Positions 37,306-47,883 are shown, numbered from the stretch's first letter. The stretch: 64,000 bases of DNA from Planctomycetota bacterium (GCA_965228735.1 OZ245838.1:2720001-2784000), one strand, 5' to 3'. Notes: generated by a model from the letters alone, not told the origin. Numbers and translations: made by a program.

Positions 37306-38997
37306 ATGAGCCGACCGATGAGCGGGCTCCACGCGGAGCTGCGGATCCCCGAACTGCTGCTGCCGTTCGACCTGCGGCGCACGGCGCTGCTGCGGACCGA
37401 CGTCCTCGTGATCGGCTCGGGCATCGCGGGCGCGTGCGCCGCGCTCCACGCGGCGGCGGACGGCGCCGACGTGCTGCTCTTGTGCAAGGGCGACCTCGTC
37501 GACACCAACACGGCCTGGGCGCAGGGCGGCATGGCGATCGCGCGGCGGCCCGAGGACAGCCACGCGGCGCACGTCGAGGACACGCTGCGCGTGGGCAACG
37601 GCCTCTCCGACCCCGAGGTCACCCGGCACGTCGTGGCCGGTGCAAACGCGGCACTCGAGTGGCTCGAACGGCTCGGCACGCGCTTCGACTTCGACAGCTC
37701 CGGCGCGTTGCAGCTCTCGCGTGAGGGCGGTCACAGCCACGCGCGCGTGGTGCACGCCAACGGCGACGCGACCGGCCGCGAGATCCAGCGCGCGCTCGCC
37801 GAGGCGCTGCACGAGCATCCGCGGATCACGGTGCGGACCGACACGTTCGTCCGCGACCTCATCGTGCGCGGCGGTCGCTGCCTCGGCGCGATCGCGCTGC
37901 AGGGCGACCTCGACCTCGCCGTCGAGGCGGGCGCGGTGGTCGTCGCGACCGGCGGCACGGGCCAGGTCTTTCGCGAGACAACCAACCCGACCGGGGCGAG
38001 CGGCGACGGCCACGCGCTCTGCTGCCGCGCGGGCGCGCGCATGGCGGACTGCGAGTTCGTGCAGTTCCATCCGACGACGCTCTACATCGCCGGCGCCTCG
38101 CGCTTCCTGATCAGCGAGATCGTGCGCGGCGCGGGCGCGGTCCTGCGGGATCGCAACGGCGACCGCTTCATGCCCGAGTTCCACCCGATGGCCGAGCTCG
38201 CGCCGCGCGACGTCGTGAGCCGCGCGATCCAGGAGCGCATGGTCGCGACCGGCGACACCCACGTCTACCTCGACCTCAGCACGGTCGAAGGGGACCCGCG
38301 CACGATGTTCCCGTCGATCGCGCGCATCTGCAGCACGTTCGACCTCGATCTCGCCCGCGACCCGATCCCGGTGCGCCCGGGCGCGCACTACGCGATCGGC
38401 GGTGCGTGCACGGACCTCAACGGGCACACGTCCGTGGCCGGCCTGCTGGCCGTCGGCGAAGCCGCGATGTCCGGCCTGCACGGCGCCAACCGGCTCGCGT
38501 CCAACTCGCTGCTCGAGGGCGCGGTCCTCGGCCGCCGCACCGGCATGGCGGCCGCCGAGCTCGCCCGCCGCCCGCGCACCGAACTGCCCCGCCGCGGCGG
38601 CGAGCTGCCGGGTGACGGCGAACGCCCGCGGCTGCTGCACGACGATCTGCTGTACTCGCTGAAGAGCTTGATGGGCCGCCAGGTCGGCCTGAGCCGCAAC
38701 CGCGACGGTCTCGAAGAAGCCCTGAGCCGGATCGGCTTCTGGAACCATTACCTCGTGCGCGCCAGCAGCCGCGACCTGCGGGCGTTCGAGCTCGCGAACA
38801 TGCTCACGGTCGCCGCGCTCGTGACGATGGGCGCGCACGCTCGCGAGGAGTCACGCGGGACGCACTTTCGGAGCGACTTCCCCGACCGGGACGACGACCG
38901 CTATTGTCGGCGACTCGAGATCGAGCGCGCGACGGACGGCACGCTGCGCTGCAAGGCCGGCGAGCCGCTCACCGCGAGCGACCGCCAGGAAGCCTGA
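37306..38997 (+). CDS. nadB: L-aspartate oxidase
   Basis: VIGSGIAG, WAQGG, REGGHS, QFHPT, ELAPRDVVSR, GLHGANRLASNSLLEG, ESRGTH. Confidence 0.95.
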   Translation: MSRPMSGLHAELRIPELLLPFDLRRTALLRTDVLVIGSGIAGACAALHAAADGADVLLLCKGDLVDTNTAWAQGGMAIARRPEDSHAAHVEDTLRVGNGLSDPEVTRHVVAGANAALEWLERLGTRFDFDSSGALQLSREGGHSHARVVHANGDATGREIQRALAEALHEHPRITVRTDTFVRDLIVRGGRCLGAIALQGDLDLAVEAGAVVVATGGTGQVFRETTNPTGASGDGHALCCRAGARMADCEFVQFHPTTLYIAGASRFLISEIVRGAGAVLRDRNGDRFMPEFHPMAELAPRDVVSRAIQERMVATGDTHVYLDLSTVEGDPRTMFPSIARICSTFDLDLARDPIPVRPGAHYAIGGACTDLNGHTSVAGLLAVGEAAMSGLHGANRLASNSLLEGAVLGRRTGMAAAELARRPRTELPRRGGELPGDGERPRLLHDDLLYSLKSLMGRQVGLSRNRDGLEEALSRIGFWNHYLVRASSRDLRAFELANMLTVAALVTMGAHAREESRGTHFRSDFPDRDDDRYCRRLEIERATDGTLRCKAGEPLTASDRQEA

Positions 38998-39024
38998 GGC
39001 GCGCGCCGACGCGGGCACTTCGAG

Positions 39025-39074
39025 GCCGTGCTCCCTGGCCGCACTCCGTAGCCGCACTCCAAAGCCGCACTACC
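39025..39074. repeat. Degenerate 13-bp tandem repeat
   Basis: GCCGTGCTCCCTG / GCCGCACTCCGTA / GCCGCACTCCAAA / GCCGCACTACC upstream of hflX. Confidence 0.6.
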
Positions 39075-39088
39075 GAACAGTTGGGACC

Positions 39089-40438
39089 GTGAAGAGCGAC
39101 AACAAGATCGACCAGAGCTTGGGACCGCCCGTCGAGGCGATCCTGTTCGGCATCGTGCCGGCCGGCGATCCGCGCACGGCGGCCGAGGCACTGCACGAAC
39201 TGCAGCAGCTCGCGGACACGGCGCAGTTCGTGACGGCGGGTTGCATGGTGCAGCACCGGCGCCAGGCCGACCCGAACAGCTACGTCGGTTCGGGGAAGCT
39301 CGACGAACTCGCCGAGGTCGTTCGGCTCGCACACAGCGGGGCGGTGATCTGCGACGACTCGCTGACGCCGACGCAGGCGCGCACGATCGAGGCCGCGGTC
39401 AAGGTGCCGTGCATCGACCGCAGCGAACTCATCCTGCAGATCTTCGGCATGCACGCGCGCACGCCGCAGGCGCGACTGCAGGTCGAGCTCGCGGCGCTGC
39501 AGTACGAGATGCCGCGGCTGAAGCGGCGCTGGACGCACCTCGAGCGGCAGCGCGGCGGCATCGGTCTGCGCGCGGGCGCGGGCGAGAAGCAGATCGACGT
39601 CGACCGCAACCTGCTCCGCACGCGCATCGCCGCGGTCAACAAGGAGCTCAAGCGGATCTCGCAGCACAAGGTGCGCGAGGTCGCCGCGCGCCCCGACCTC
39701 TTCACGGTCGCGCTCGTCGGCTACACCAATGCAGGCAAGTCCAGCCTGATGAACCGGCTCACGGACGCAGGCGTGCTCGCGGAGAACCGGCTGTTCTCGA
39801 CGCTCGACACCCGCACGCGCCCGTGGCGCCTCCCCGGCGGCCGCACGATCCTGCTCACCGACACGGTCGGCTTCCTGCGCAAGCTGCCGCACCAGCTCGT
39901 CGCGTCGTTCCACGCCACGCTCGAAGAAGCGCTCCACGCCGACCTGCTGCTCGTGCTCGTCGACGCGAGTTCCCCCGAAGCCTCAGACCAGCTGCGCACG
40001 GTCGACGAGGTGCTCGACCAGCTCGAGGTCGGCACGCTGCCGCGGCTGACCGTGCTCAACAAGGTCGACAAGGTCGAGGATCGCGCGGAGCTCGCGGCGC
40101 TGTGGCAGCTCGAACCCAACGCCGTGCCGCTGTCGGTGGCGACCGGCGAGGGCGAGAGCGACTTGATGGCCGCCGTGCAATCCCATCTTGCGACGGTAGA
40201 GAACCGGCTCTCGATCCTGCTGCCGCATACGGCGGGCAGCATGCACAGCGAGATCCGGGCGCGCGCGACCGTCCTCAGCGAGTTCTTCACGGACGAGGGC
40301 TGCCTGATGGAGATCCAGGCGTCCCCGGCCGTCCTCGGTCGCCTGCTCGCGACGGGCGCGCGCATCGCCGAACCCACGGCGGAGCCGGGCCCGTCCGCCC
40401 CCGCGGACGATCCGCCCGCAGATTCCCCAGAACCGTAA
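39089..40438 (+). CDS. hflX: GTPase HflX
   Basis: LQVELAALQY, GYTNAGKS, LFSTLD, DTVGF, NKVD. Confidence 0.97.
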   Translation: MKSDNKIDQSLGPPVEAILFGIVPAGDPRTAAEALHELQQLADTAQFVTAGCMVQHRRQADPNSYVGSGKLDELAEVVRLAHSGAVICDDSLTPTQARTIEAAVKVPCIDRSELILQIFGMHARTPQARLQVELAALQYEMPRLKRRWTHLERQRGGIGLRAGAGEKQIDVDRNLLRTRIAAVNKELKRISQHKVREVAARPDLFTVALVGYTNAGKSSLMNRLTDAGVLAENRLFSTLDTRTRPWRLPGGRTILLTDTVGFLRKLPHQLVASFHATLEEALHADLLLVLVDASSPEASDQLRTVDEVLDQLEVGTLPRLTVLNKVDKVEDRAELAALWQLEPNAVPLSVATGEGESDLMAAVQSHLATVENRLSILLPHTAGSMHSEIRARATVLSEFFTDEGCLMEIQASPAVLGRLLATGARIAEPTAEPGPSAPADDPPADSPEP

Positions 40439-40626
40439 CGGACCCACGGTAATCCGCAGACCGGCCGCAGCCGTGCCGCGGATCGCGGGCCGGCGACCCG
40501 GGGCTCGCCAAAGTTATGGAATCGGTGCGAGAATCGCCCCCCCCTCCGCTCGCTCCATTCTGTGAGTAGACTTATGGGCATCACGGTCCCTGCGTGATGC
40601 CACTCTCGTTCTCCAGAGGAACCCTC

Positions 40627-43600
40627 ATGCGATTCATGTCTCTGTCGACGGGGCTCGTTTTTGCCCTGTCCCTCCCCACCGGTGCGTTGGCGCAGAATGC
40701 GCAAGGCGACGTCCCGTCCCAGGATTCCGCGGCCCGCACGCCGGCGACCGATAACCGGATCCACCTGAAGTACGGCGTCTTCGATCCGCTCGCCGGTCTG
40801 CCGATGGTCGAGGAAACCCTCCTCGCCGCAGCCGACACCAACCTCTACATCGTCCAGTTCGACTACGCGTTCATCGACGCGGACCGCAACGCCCTGCGCG
40901 AGCTCGGCGGCAAGCTGCATGCGCCGCTGCCGCACAACGCCCTGATCGTCCGCATGGACTCGGCCGCCGCGGCCGCGGCCCAGAACATCGAGGGTGTCCG
41001 CTGGGTCGGCGACTACCAGCCGGCCTACCGTCTCGAGGGCGACCTGCTCACGGCCATTTCGACCGGCGGCGAACTCCCGGCGCAGAACTACAACATGGTC
41101 ATGGCCGACAAGGCCAACGACAAGGCGGCGCTGGGCGCCAAGATCGCCGCGCTGGGTGGCGAAGTCGTCGACGAGCACCGCGGCAGCCTGCTGTTCACGG
41201 CCAAGCTGACGAAGGCGCAGCTCATCATGGCCGCGCGCCTCGACGAGGTCCTCTGGATCGATCGCGAGACGGCCAAGGAGCTCGACATGGACAACGCCCG
41301 CGACGTGCAGGGCAGCGACTACCTCGACACCGTGGCCGGCTATGACGGCGACGGCAACGGCAGCGGCCGCATCCGCGGTCACGTCTACGAAGGCGTCGAG
41401 TCCAACCACCCCGACTTCGTCGTGCCGATGGTCAACGTCCGCAGCGGCGGCCAGGCCCAGAGCCACGGCCACTGCACGGCCGGCATCATCTTCAGCGACG
41501 GCACGGCCAGTGGCGCCAACGCGGTCGGCCACGCGCCGGGCGCTCGCGGCTACTACACCAACTACTCGACCGTCACGGCCGGGTGGTCGCGCAACCAGGT
41601 CATCAGCGACGTCGTCAACGTGCACAACTGCCTGTTCACGACCGCGTCGTGGGGCAACACGCGCACGACGCAGTACACGTCGATCTCGGCCGACGCCGAC
41701 GACATCGTGTTCGACCACCGCATCCCGTGGACGCAGAGCCAGTCGAACGCCGGTAACCAGAACTCGCGTCCGCAGGCGTGGGGCAAGAACATCATCTCGG
41801 TCGGCGCGCTGCGGCACTACAACGACAACAACCCGGGCAACGACCAGTGGGCCAACGGCGCCTCGATCGGCCCGGCGGCGGACGGTCGCATCAAGCCCGA
41901 CCTCTGCAACTTCTACGACTCGGTCGGCACCTCCGACCGTTCGGGCAGCGCCGGCTACGCCAGCGGCAGCTTCTTCTCGGGCTTCAGCGGCACCTCGGCG
42001 GCGACGCCGATCACGGCCGGCCTGAACGCGCTCGCGATCGAGATGTTCACGGACCACATCTTCGGGAACTCGCCCCGCGTCAACGGCGGCAGCGACTTCC
42101 AGAACCGTCCGTACGCGCAGACCGTCAAGGCGCTGCAGATCGCGAACGCGTCGCTCTACCCGTGGGGCGTCGGCGCTGGCCAGGCGATCCGCGACTGGCA
42201 GGGCTGGGGCTACGGCAACGTCCGCACGATGTACGACAACCGCGCCCGGCACTTCATCGTGCCCGAGGACCGGCCGATCCAGCAGGGTCAGACCCACACG
42301 TACTTCATCGACGTCGCCCCTGGCACGTCCATGCTGAAGATCGCGATGAGCTACCTCGACCCGGCCGGCCCGGTGTCGCCGGCGATCTCGCGCATCAACA
42401 ACCTCAACATGCAGGTCCGTCGTCCCAACGGCCTGCTCTACTGGGGCAACAACGGCCTGAAGAGCGGCAACACGTCGCAGGTCGGCGGCGGCAGCGACAC
42501 GCTTGACACCGTCGAGGTGTTCGTGATGCCGAACCCGCAGGCGGGTCAGTGGCGCATCCAGATCACGGCCCCGACGATCGCGCAGGACGCGCACGTCGCG
42601 ACCGGTGCGACGGACGCGACCTACGCCCTCGTCGCCTCGGGCGGCACCGCGGCCCAGACGGGTTGCGCGCGCTACATCCCGGACAACGATCCGACGAGCG
42701 GCACGATCAACACGATCCCGTTCGGCACGACGTCGTCGGGCAGCACGGGCCTGACCTCGCTCTTCGCCAGCAACAACGGCGGCAGCGTCGGCGGCACGAT
42801 CTTCTTCGACATCACGGCTTCCGGCACCGACAACATCTGGCTCGCCGGCATCGACGTGAACGTCAACGGGACGTCCGCTCCGGTCGGCACGCCGCTCGAG
42901 GCCGACATCTACTACGACTTCAACAGCACCTACGCTGGCATCGAGACCACCCCGGGCGCCTGGACGACCTGGACCGCCGCCAAGGGCGTGTCTGCCGGTC
43001 AGGACCTCGAGAGTCGACTCGTGTTCAACCGCCCGATCCAGATCTCGGCCGGCCAGACGTTCGCGATCGCCGTGGTGGCGCGCAACTTCGCGCACCGCTA
43101 CACCAACGGCGCGAACACCTTCAACGACTCCAACGTCACGATCGACCTCGGCTCGGCGACGAACGAGGCCTTCGGGCCCAGCGTGTTCAACCCGCGCTCC
43201 GGTAACGTGACCGTGCGTTACGCGGTGGACGGTGGTGCTGGCATCAACTGCCACTACCAGCAGGTCCTGCGCTCGGCCGACCTCGGCGGAGCCGGCGCCA
43301 TCACCGATCTCGCGTTCGCGCCGTCGGCCACGGCCCGGCACTACAACCGCACGATGCGGATCCGGATGGCCCACCGGCCTGCCGGCTACGTGATGTCGAC
43401 CACGTTCAGCAACAACATCTCGGGCTACACGACGGTTCTGAACGAGAGCTGGTACTCGTGGAACACCGAGAGTGACACCTGGACGCAGGTCGGACTCGAG
43501 AACCCGTTCAACTACAACGGGACGAGCGATGTCGTCGTCGAGATCTTCCTGACCGGCAACCTCGCGCTCGAAGGCTCGACCGGCGGCTTCCGCCGCGGCA

Positions 43601-44085
43601 CGGAGCAGCGCCTGTTCAACTGGACGTTCCCCTACACCAGCCTGCCGACCACCGGCACGCTCGGCAACGCGGGCACCAAGATCCGCGCCGAGTTCGGCTG
43701 CGGTGGCGGCAACGAGTTCGACACCGCGTGCGGCCCGCTCACGGCGAGCCACACCGGCAACGGCCAGCCCGGCACGACGTTCCGTTACGTGATGAACGAT
43801 GGTGTTCCGAGCAGCGGTGCGATCATCCAGCTCGGCTTCAACAACACCCGGACGAGCCTGAACACGTTCGGCTTCACGAACTGCAACCAGTGGAACGACA
43901 ACGTCGCCTCGGTGTTCAAGTTCACGAACGCGAGCGGTAGCGCCAACCACCCGATCTCGCTGCCGTCCACGGCGGCGTTCAACGGCCTCGTGATCCACGG
44001 GCACTGGTACAACTTCGACGCCAGCGCCCCGGCCGGCATCACGGTGTCGAACTCGACGCGCCTGATCATCGGCGAAGCGCCGTAG
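40627..44085 (+). CDS. Large secreted S8 subtilase with P/PPC-like and other C-terminal domains
   Basis: RBS AGAGGA; signal peptide; HVYEGVESNHPDF, SHGHCTAGII, DGRIKPD, FSGTSAATP, QGWG. Confidence 0.92.
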   Translation: MRFMSLSTGLVFALSLPTGALAQNAQGDVPSQDSAARTPATDNRIHLKYGVFDPLAGLPMVEETLLAAADTNLYIVQFDYAFIDADRNALRELGGKLHAPLPHNALIVRMDSAAAAAAQNIEGVRWVGDYQPAYRLEGDLLTAISTGGELPAQNYNMVMADKANDKAALGAKIAALGGEVVDEHRGSLLFTAKLTKAQLIMAARLDEVLWIDRETAKELDMDNARDVQGSDYLDTVAGYDGDGNGSGRIRGHVYEGVESNHPDFVVPMVNVRSGGQAQSHGHCTAGIIFSDGTASGANAVGHAPGARGYYTNYSTVTAGWSRNQVISDVVNVHNCLFTTASWGNTRTTQYTSISADADDIVFDHRIPWTQSQSNAGNQNSRPQAWGKNIISVGALRHYNDNNPGNDQWANGASIGPAADGRIKPDLCNFYDSVGTSDRSGSAGYASGSFFSGFSGTSAATPITAGLNALAIEMFTDHIFGNSPRVNGGSDFQNRPYAQTVKALQIANASLYPWGVGAGQAIRDWQGWGYGNVRTMYDNRARHFIVPEDRPIQQGQTHTYFIDVAPGTSMLKIAMSYLDPAGPVSPAISRINNLNMQVRRPNGLLYWGNNGLKSGNTSQVGGGSDTLDTVEVFVMPNPQAGQWRIQITAPTIAQDAHVATGATDATYALVASGGTAAQTGCARYIPDNDPTSGTINTIPFGTTSSGSTGLTSLFASNNGGSVGGTIFFDITASGTDNIWLAGIDVNVNGTSAPVGTPLEADIYYDFNSTYAGIETTPGAWTTWTAAKGVSAGQDLESRLVFNRPIQISAGQTFAIAVVARNFAHRYTNGANTFNDSNVTIDLGSATNEAFGPSVFNPRSGNVTVRYAVDGGAGINCHYQQVLRSADLGGAGAITDLAFAPSATARHYNRTMRIRMAHRPAGYVMSTTFSNNISGYTTVLNESWYSWNTESDTWTQVGLENPFNYNGTSDVVVEIFLTGNLALEGSTGGFRRGTEQRLFNWTFPYTSLPTTGTLGNAGTKIRAEFGCGGGNEFDTACGPLTASHTGNGQPGTTFRYVMNDGVPSSGAIIQLGFNNTRTSLNTFGFTNCNQWNDNVASVFKFTNASGSANHPISLPSTAAFNGLVIHGHWYNFDASAPAGITVSNSTRLIIGEAP

Positions 44086-44100
44086 TTCAGCGACGACGAA

Positions 44101-44171
44101 CGTTCGGGGCTGCCGGCCCCGAACGGACGAGAACGGGCCCCGCGGACACGCTCCGCGGGGCCCGTTCTCGT
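44101..44171. terminator. Double hairpin between the convergent subtilase and pyc genes
   Basis: CGTTCGGGGC/GCCCCGAACG and ACGAGAACGGGCCCCGCGG/CCGCGGGGCCCGTTCTCGT stems. Confidence 0.7.
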
Positions 44172-44247
44172 TCTGCCGTACGACACCTTGCCGTCCGGGA
44201 CTCGGTCCTGGCTCGGATCCAGACGCGGAAGGTCGAGCCGCCGCGGC

Positions 44248-47200
44248 CTACGCCGGTTCGATCACGACGAGCAGGTCTTCGGCCTGCACCGCCGCACCGC
44301 TGTCGGTGCAGAGCTCGAGCACCGCGCCGGCGATCGGCGCGCGCACGACGGTTTCCATCTTCATGGCCTCGAGCGTGACCAGCGGATCGCCGGCCGCGAC
44401 ACTCGCGCCCTCGCTGCAGTGCAGCGTGACGACGCGACCCGGCATCGGGGAGCCGACCTCGGTCTCCTTGTTCGGATCGGCACGACGACGCGAGTCGTCG
44501 GCCGGCGCCGCGGCGGCGTCGATGACCGTGATCTGACGGTTCTGGCCGTTGAGCTTGAAGTAGACGGCCACTTCGCCGTCCTCGTCGGGTTCGCCGACCG
44601 CCTCGAGCGAGATCACGAGCGTCTTGCCGGCCTCGATCTCGACCCAGACCTCCTGCCCGATGTCGAGGCCGTAGAAGTAGACCGGCGTCGGCAGCAACGC
44701 GACGTTGCCGCACCGCCGGCGGGTCGCGAGGAAGTCGTCGAACACGCGCGGATAGAGCGCATGGCTCACGAGGTCACGGTCGGTCGCGGGCTGGCCCTTG
44801 CGGCTCTCGACGTGCGCTCGCGCCGCTTCGAAGTCGAACGCCGGCATGCCGGCACTCGGGCTGCCCTCGAGCACGGGCTGCCCCTGCAGGACGGCCGCGC
44901 GCAGCGCCTCGGGGAAGCCGCCGGGCGGCTGCCCGAGGTAGCCCTGGAAGTACTGCACGACGCTCTGCGGGAAGTCGAGCCGGCGCGCGCGGTCGAGGAC
45001 GCGCTCGAGCGTCGCGTGCGTCGACTGCGCGAGGTCGCGCTCGAGCACGAGCAGGTCGTTCTGCACGAGGAAGATCGCGAAGTCGCCGACCATCTTCGAG
45101 GACGGCGTGACCTTCGGGATGTCGCCGACGAGCTGGTTCACCACGGCGAACGCGTGCCGCACGTCCTTCCAGCGCTCGAGCAGGCCGAGCGAGGCGACCT
45201 GCGGCCGCAGGTTGGAGTACTGCCCGCCCGGGATCTCGTGATAGTAGACCTCGCTCGTGCTGCTCTTGAGCCCGCACTCGAACGGTGCATAGAACTCGCG
45301 CACCGCCTCCCAGTAGTCGGCGAGCGGCTGCATCGCCTTGTTGGTGAGGCCCGTTTCCTGCGGGTGACCGCGCAGTGCTGCGATGAGCGCGTTCATGCTC
45401 GGCTGCGACGTCAGCCCGGCCATCGGCGCGAGCGCCGTATCGACGATGTGCACGCCGGACTCGACCGCCGCGATGTAGGTCGCGATCCCGTTACCCGACG
45501 TGTCGTGCGTGTGCAGGTGGATCGGCAGCGACGTGACCTCGCGCAGCCGCTTGATCAGCATGCGCGCGGCCTGCGGCCGCAGCAGGCCGGCCATGTCCTT
45601 GATGCAGAGGATGTGCGCGCCGAGCTGCTCGATGCGCTTCGCGAGTTCGGCGTAGTACTCGAGTCCGTACTTCGTGCGCGCCGGGTTGTCGATGTCGCCC
45701 GTGTAGCACATCGCGACCTCGGCGATCTTGCCCGTCTGCAGCACGCGCTGCACGGACACGGCCATCGAGTCGAGGTCGTTGAGGCTGTCGAAGATGCGGA
45801 ACACGTCGATGCCGGTCTCGGCAGCGCGGTCGACGAACGCCTCGACGACGTTCTGCGGGTAGCTCGTGTAGCCCACGGCGTTGGCGCCGCGGAGGAGCAT
45901 CTGGTGCAGCACGTTCGGGATCGCCGCCTTGAGCTGCTCGAGCCGTTCCCACGGATCCTCGTCGAGAAAGCGATAGGCCACGTCGAACGTCGCGCCACCC
46001 CAGGTCTCGAGCGAGAACAACGGCTGACACAGGTGGGCCGTCGCCGGCGCGACCGCGAGCATGTCGCAGGTGCGCATGCGCGTGGCGAGCAGCGACTGGT
46101 GCGCGTCGCGCATCGTCGTGTCACACAGCAACGGGTGCCTGCTGGCCTGCTGCTTGATCCACTCGACAACCCGTTCGGGGCCGCCCTCGGCCAGGAGCTG
46201 GGCCGTGCCGGCGGGCGGCGGCTCATCCGGCACCTCGGGGATGGGCGGCGCGAGGAAGCTGCTCGGCGACAGCCGCTGCTCCGGCTTGATCGTCGCGTGG
46301 CCGTTGACGATCACGTCCGCGAGATACGTCAGCAGGCGCGTCGCGCGATCGCGCCCGACCTGGATCTCGTACAGCTCGGGAGTTTCGTCGAGGAACCGCG
46401 TCCACGTCTCCCCGCGCAGGAACGCCGGGTGCGCGATCACGTTCTGCAGGAACGCGAGGTTGGTCTTCACGCCGCGGATACGGAACTCGCGCAGCGCGCG
46501 CAGTTGCTTCTGCGCCGCGCTCTGCAGCGTGCTGCCGTACGAGATGCACTTCACGAGCAGCGAATCGTAGTATCCGCCGACGTGGGTCCCGGCGAGGCTG
46601 TCGCCGCCGTCGAGCCGAAGCCCGAAGCCGCCCGGCGACCGGTAGGCCATGATCGCGCCCGTATCGGGCAGGAACTCGTTCTGCGGATCCTCGGTCGTGA
46701 TCCGGCACTGGATCGCGAACCCGCGCGGCCGCAATTCCTGTTGCGACGTGATTCCGATCGCCGGCGAGCTCAGCGCGTGCCCCTCCGCGATGCGGATCTG
46801 CGCCTGCACGAGGTCGATGCCGGTCACCTGCTCGGTCACCGTGTGCTCGACCTGCAGCCGCGGGTTGATCTCGATGAAGTAGTGCTGCCCCGCCGCATCG
46901 TCGACGAGGAACTCGACCGTGCCCGCGTTGTAGTAGCCCGATCCGCCCGCGAGCTTCAGTGAGTCCTGGAACAACGCCTCCCGCACGTCCTCTGCGAGAT
47001 TGGGCGCGGGCGCCATCTCGACGACCTTCTGGTGCCGGCGCTGGACCGAGCAATCGCGTTCGTTGAGGTGCACGACGTTGCCGTGGCGGTCGCCGAGGAT
47101 CTGCACCTCGATGTGACGCACGCGCGGCAGGAACTTCTCGAGGAAGACGACGGGGCTGCCGAACGCAGCCTGCGACTCGCTGCGCGCCTGCCGCAGGCTC

Positions 47201-47757
47201 TGCTGCACGTCCGCCGCCTGCCGCACCACGCGCATGCCGCGGCCGCCGCCGCCGTGCGCGGCCTTGACGATCGTCGTGCCGTGCTCGGCGAAGAACTTCG
47301 CCGCCGCCGCGAACGCAGCCGCCTCGTCGGCCGGCAGTTCGAGCCCGGGCACGGTCGGAATCCCGAGCCGCGCCGCTTCCTTGCGGGCCTCCACCTTGTC
47401 GCCGAGGAAGCGGATGACGTCCGGCTTCGGACCGATGAACGCGATGCCGGCGGCCTCGACCGCCGCCGCGAACTCGTGGTTCTCCGACAGGAAGCCGTAG
47501 CCGGGGTGGATCGCGTCGACGCCGGCACTCTTGGCGATCTCGAGGATCTCGTCGCCCGCGAGATAGGCCCCGACCGGCGACTTGCCCTCACCGACGAGAT
47601 ACGACTCGTCGGCCTTGTAGCGGTGCTGGTGCGTCGCGTCCTCGGCGCTGAAGATCGCGACCGTTCGGAGGTCGAGCTCGGCGCACGCGCGGAACACGCG
47701 AATCGCGATCTCGCCGCGATTGGCGCAGAGGATCTTGCGAAACGAGCGGACTTCCAT
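44248..47757 (-). CDS. pyc: Pyruvate carboxylase
   Basis: ANRGEIAIR, RDCSVQRRHQK, RDAHQSL, IKDMAG, HLHTHDT, EAMKME biotin site. Confidence 0.98.
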   Translation of the reverse strand: MEVRSFRKILCANRGEIAIRVFRACAELDLRTVAIFSAEDATHQHRYKADESYLVGEGKSPVGAYLAGDEILEIAKSAGVDAIHPGYGFLSENHEFAAAVEAAGIAFIGPKPDVIRFLGDKVEARKEAARLGIPTVPGLELPADEAAAFAAAAKFFAEHGTTIVKAAHGGGGRGMRVVRQAADVQQSLRQARSESQAAFGSPVVFLEKFLPRVRHIEVQILGDRHGNVVHLNERDCSVQRRHQKVVEMAPAPNLAEDVREALFQDSLKLAGGSGYYNAGTVEFLVDDAAGQHYFIEINPRLQVEHTVTEQVTGIDLVQAQIRIAEGHALSSPAIGITSQQELRPRGFAIQCRITTEDPQNEFLPDTGAIMAYRSPGGFGLRLDGGDSLAGTHVGGYYDSLLVKCISYGSTLQSAAQKQLRALREFRIRGVKTNLAFLQNVIAHPAFLRGETWTRFLDETPELYEIQVGRDRATRLLTYLADVIVNGHATIKPEQRLSPSSFLAPPIPEVPDEPPPAGTAQLLAEGGPERVVEWIKQQASRHPLLCDTTMRDAHQSLLATRMRTCDMLAVAPATAHLCQPLFSLETWGGATFDVAYRFLDEDPWERLEQLKAAIPNVLHQMLLRGANAVGYTSYPQNVVEAFVDRAAETGIDVFRIFDSLNDLDSMAVSVQRVLQTGKIAEVAMCYTGDIDNPARTKYGLEYYAELAKRIEQLGAHILCIKDMAGLLRPQAARMLIKRLREVTSLPIHLHTHDTSGNGIATYIAAVESGVHIVDTALAPMAGLTSQPSMNALIAALRGHPQETGLTNKAMQPLADYWEAVREFYAPFECGLKSSTSEVYYHEIPGGQYSNLRPQVASLGLLERWKDVRHAFAVVNQLVGDIPKVTPSSKMVGDFAIFLVQNDLLVLERDLAQSTHATLERVLDRARRLDFPQSVVQYFQGYLGQPPGGFPEALRAAVLQGQPVLEGSPSAGMPAFDFEAARAHVESRKGQPATDRDLVSHALYPRVFDDFLATRRRCGNVALLPTPVYFYGLDIGQEVWVEIEAGKTLVISLEAVGEPDEDGEVAVYFKLNGQNRQITVIDAAAAPADDSRRRADPNKETEVGSPMPGRVVTLHCSEGASVAAGDPLVTLEAMKMETVVRAPIAGAVLELCTDSGAAVQAEDLLVVIEPA

Positions 47758-47883
47758 GGGAGCGCCGGGGTGTTCGTTCTCTTCGGCTGCCGAGAGGAGA
47801 CCCTGTAGCTACACTATCGGCACACAGTGCGGCAACCTGCGACAATCGGTTGCCAGCCGGGCAACCGCGACTACGGGATCACC

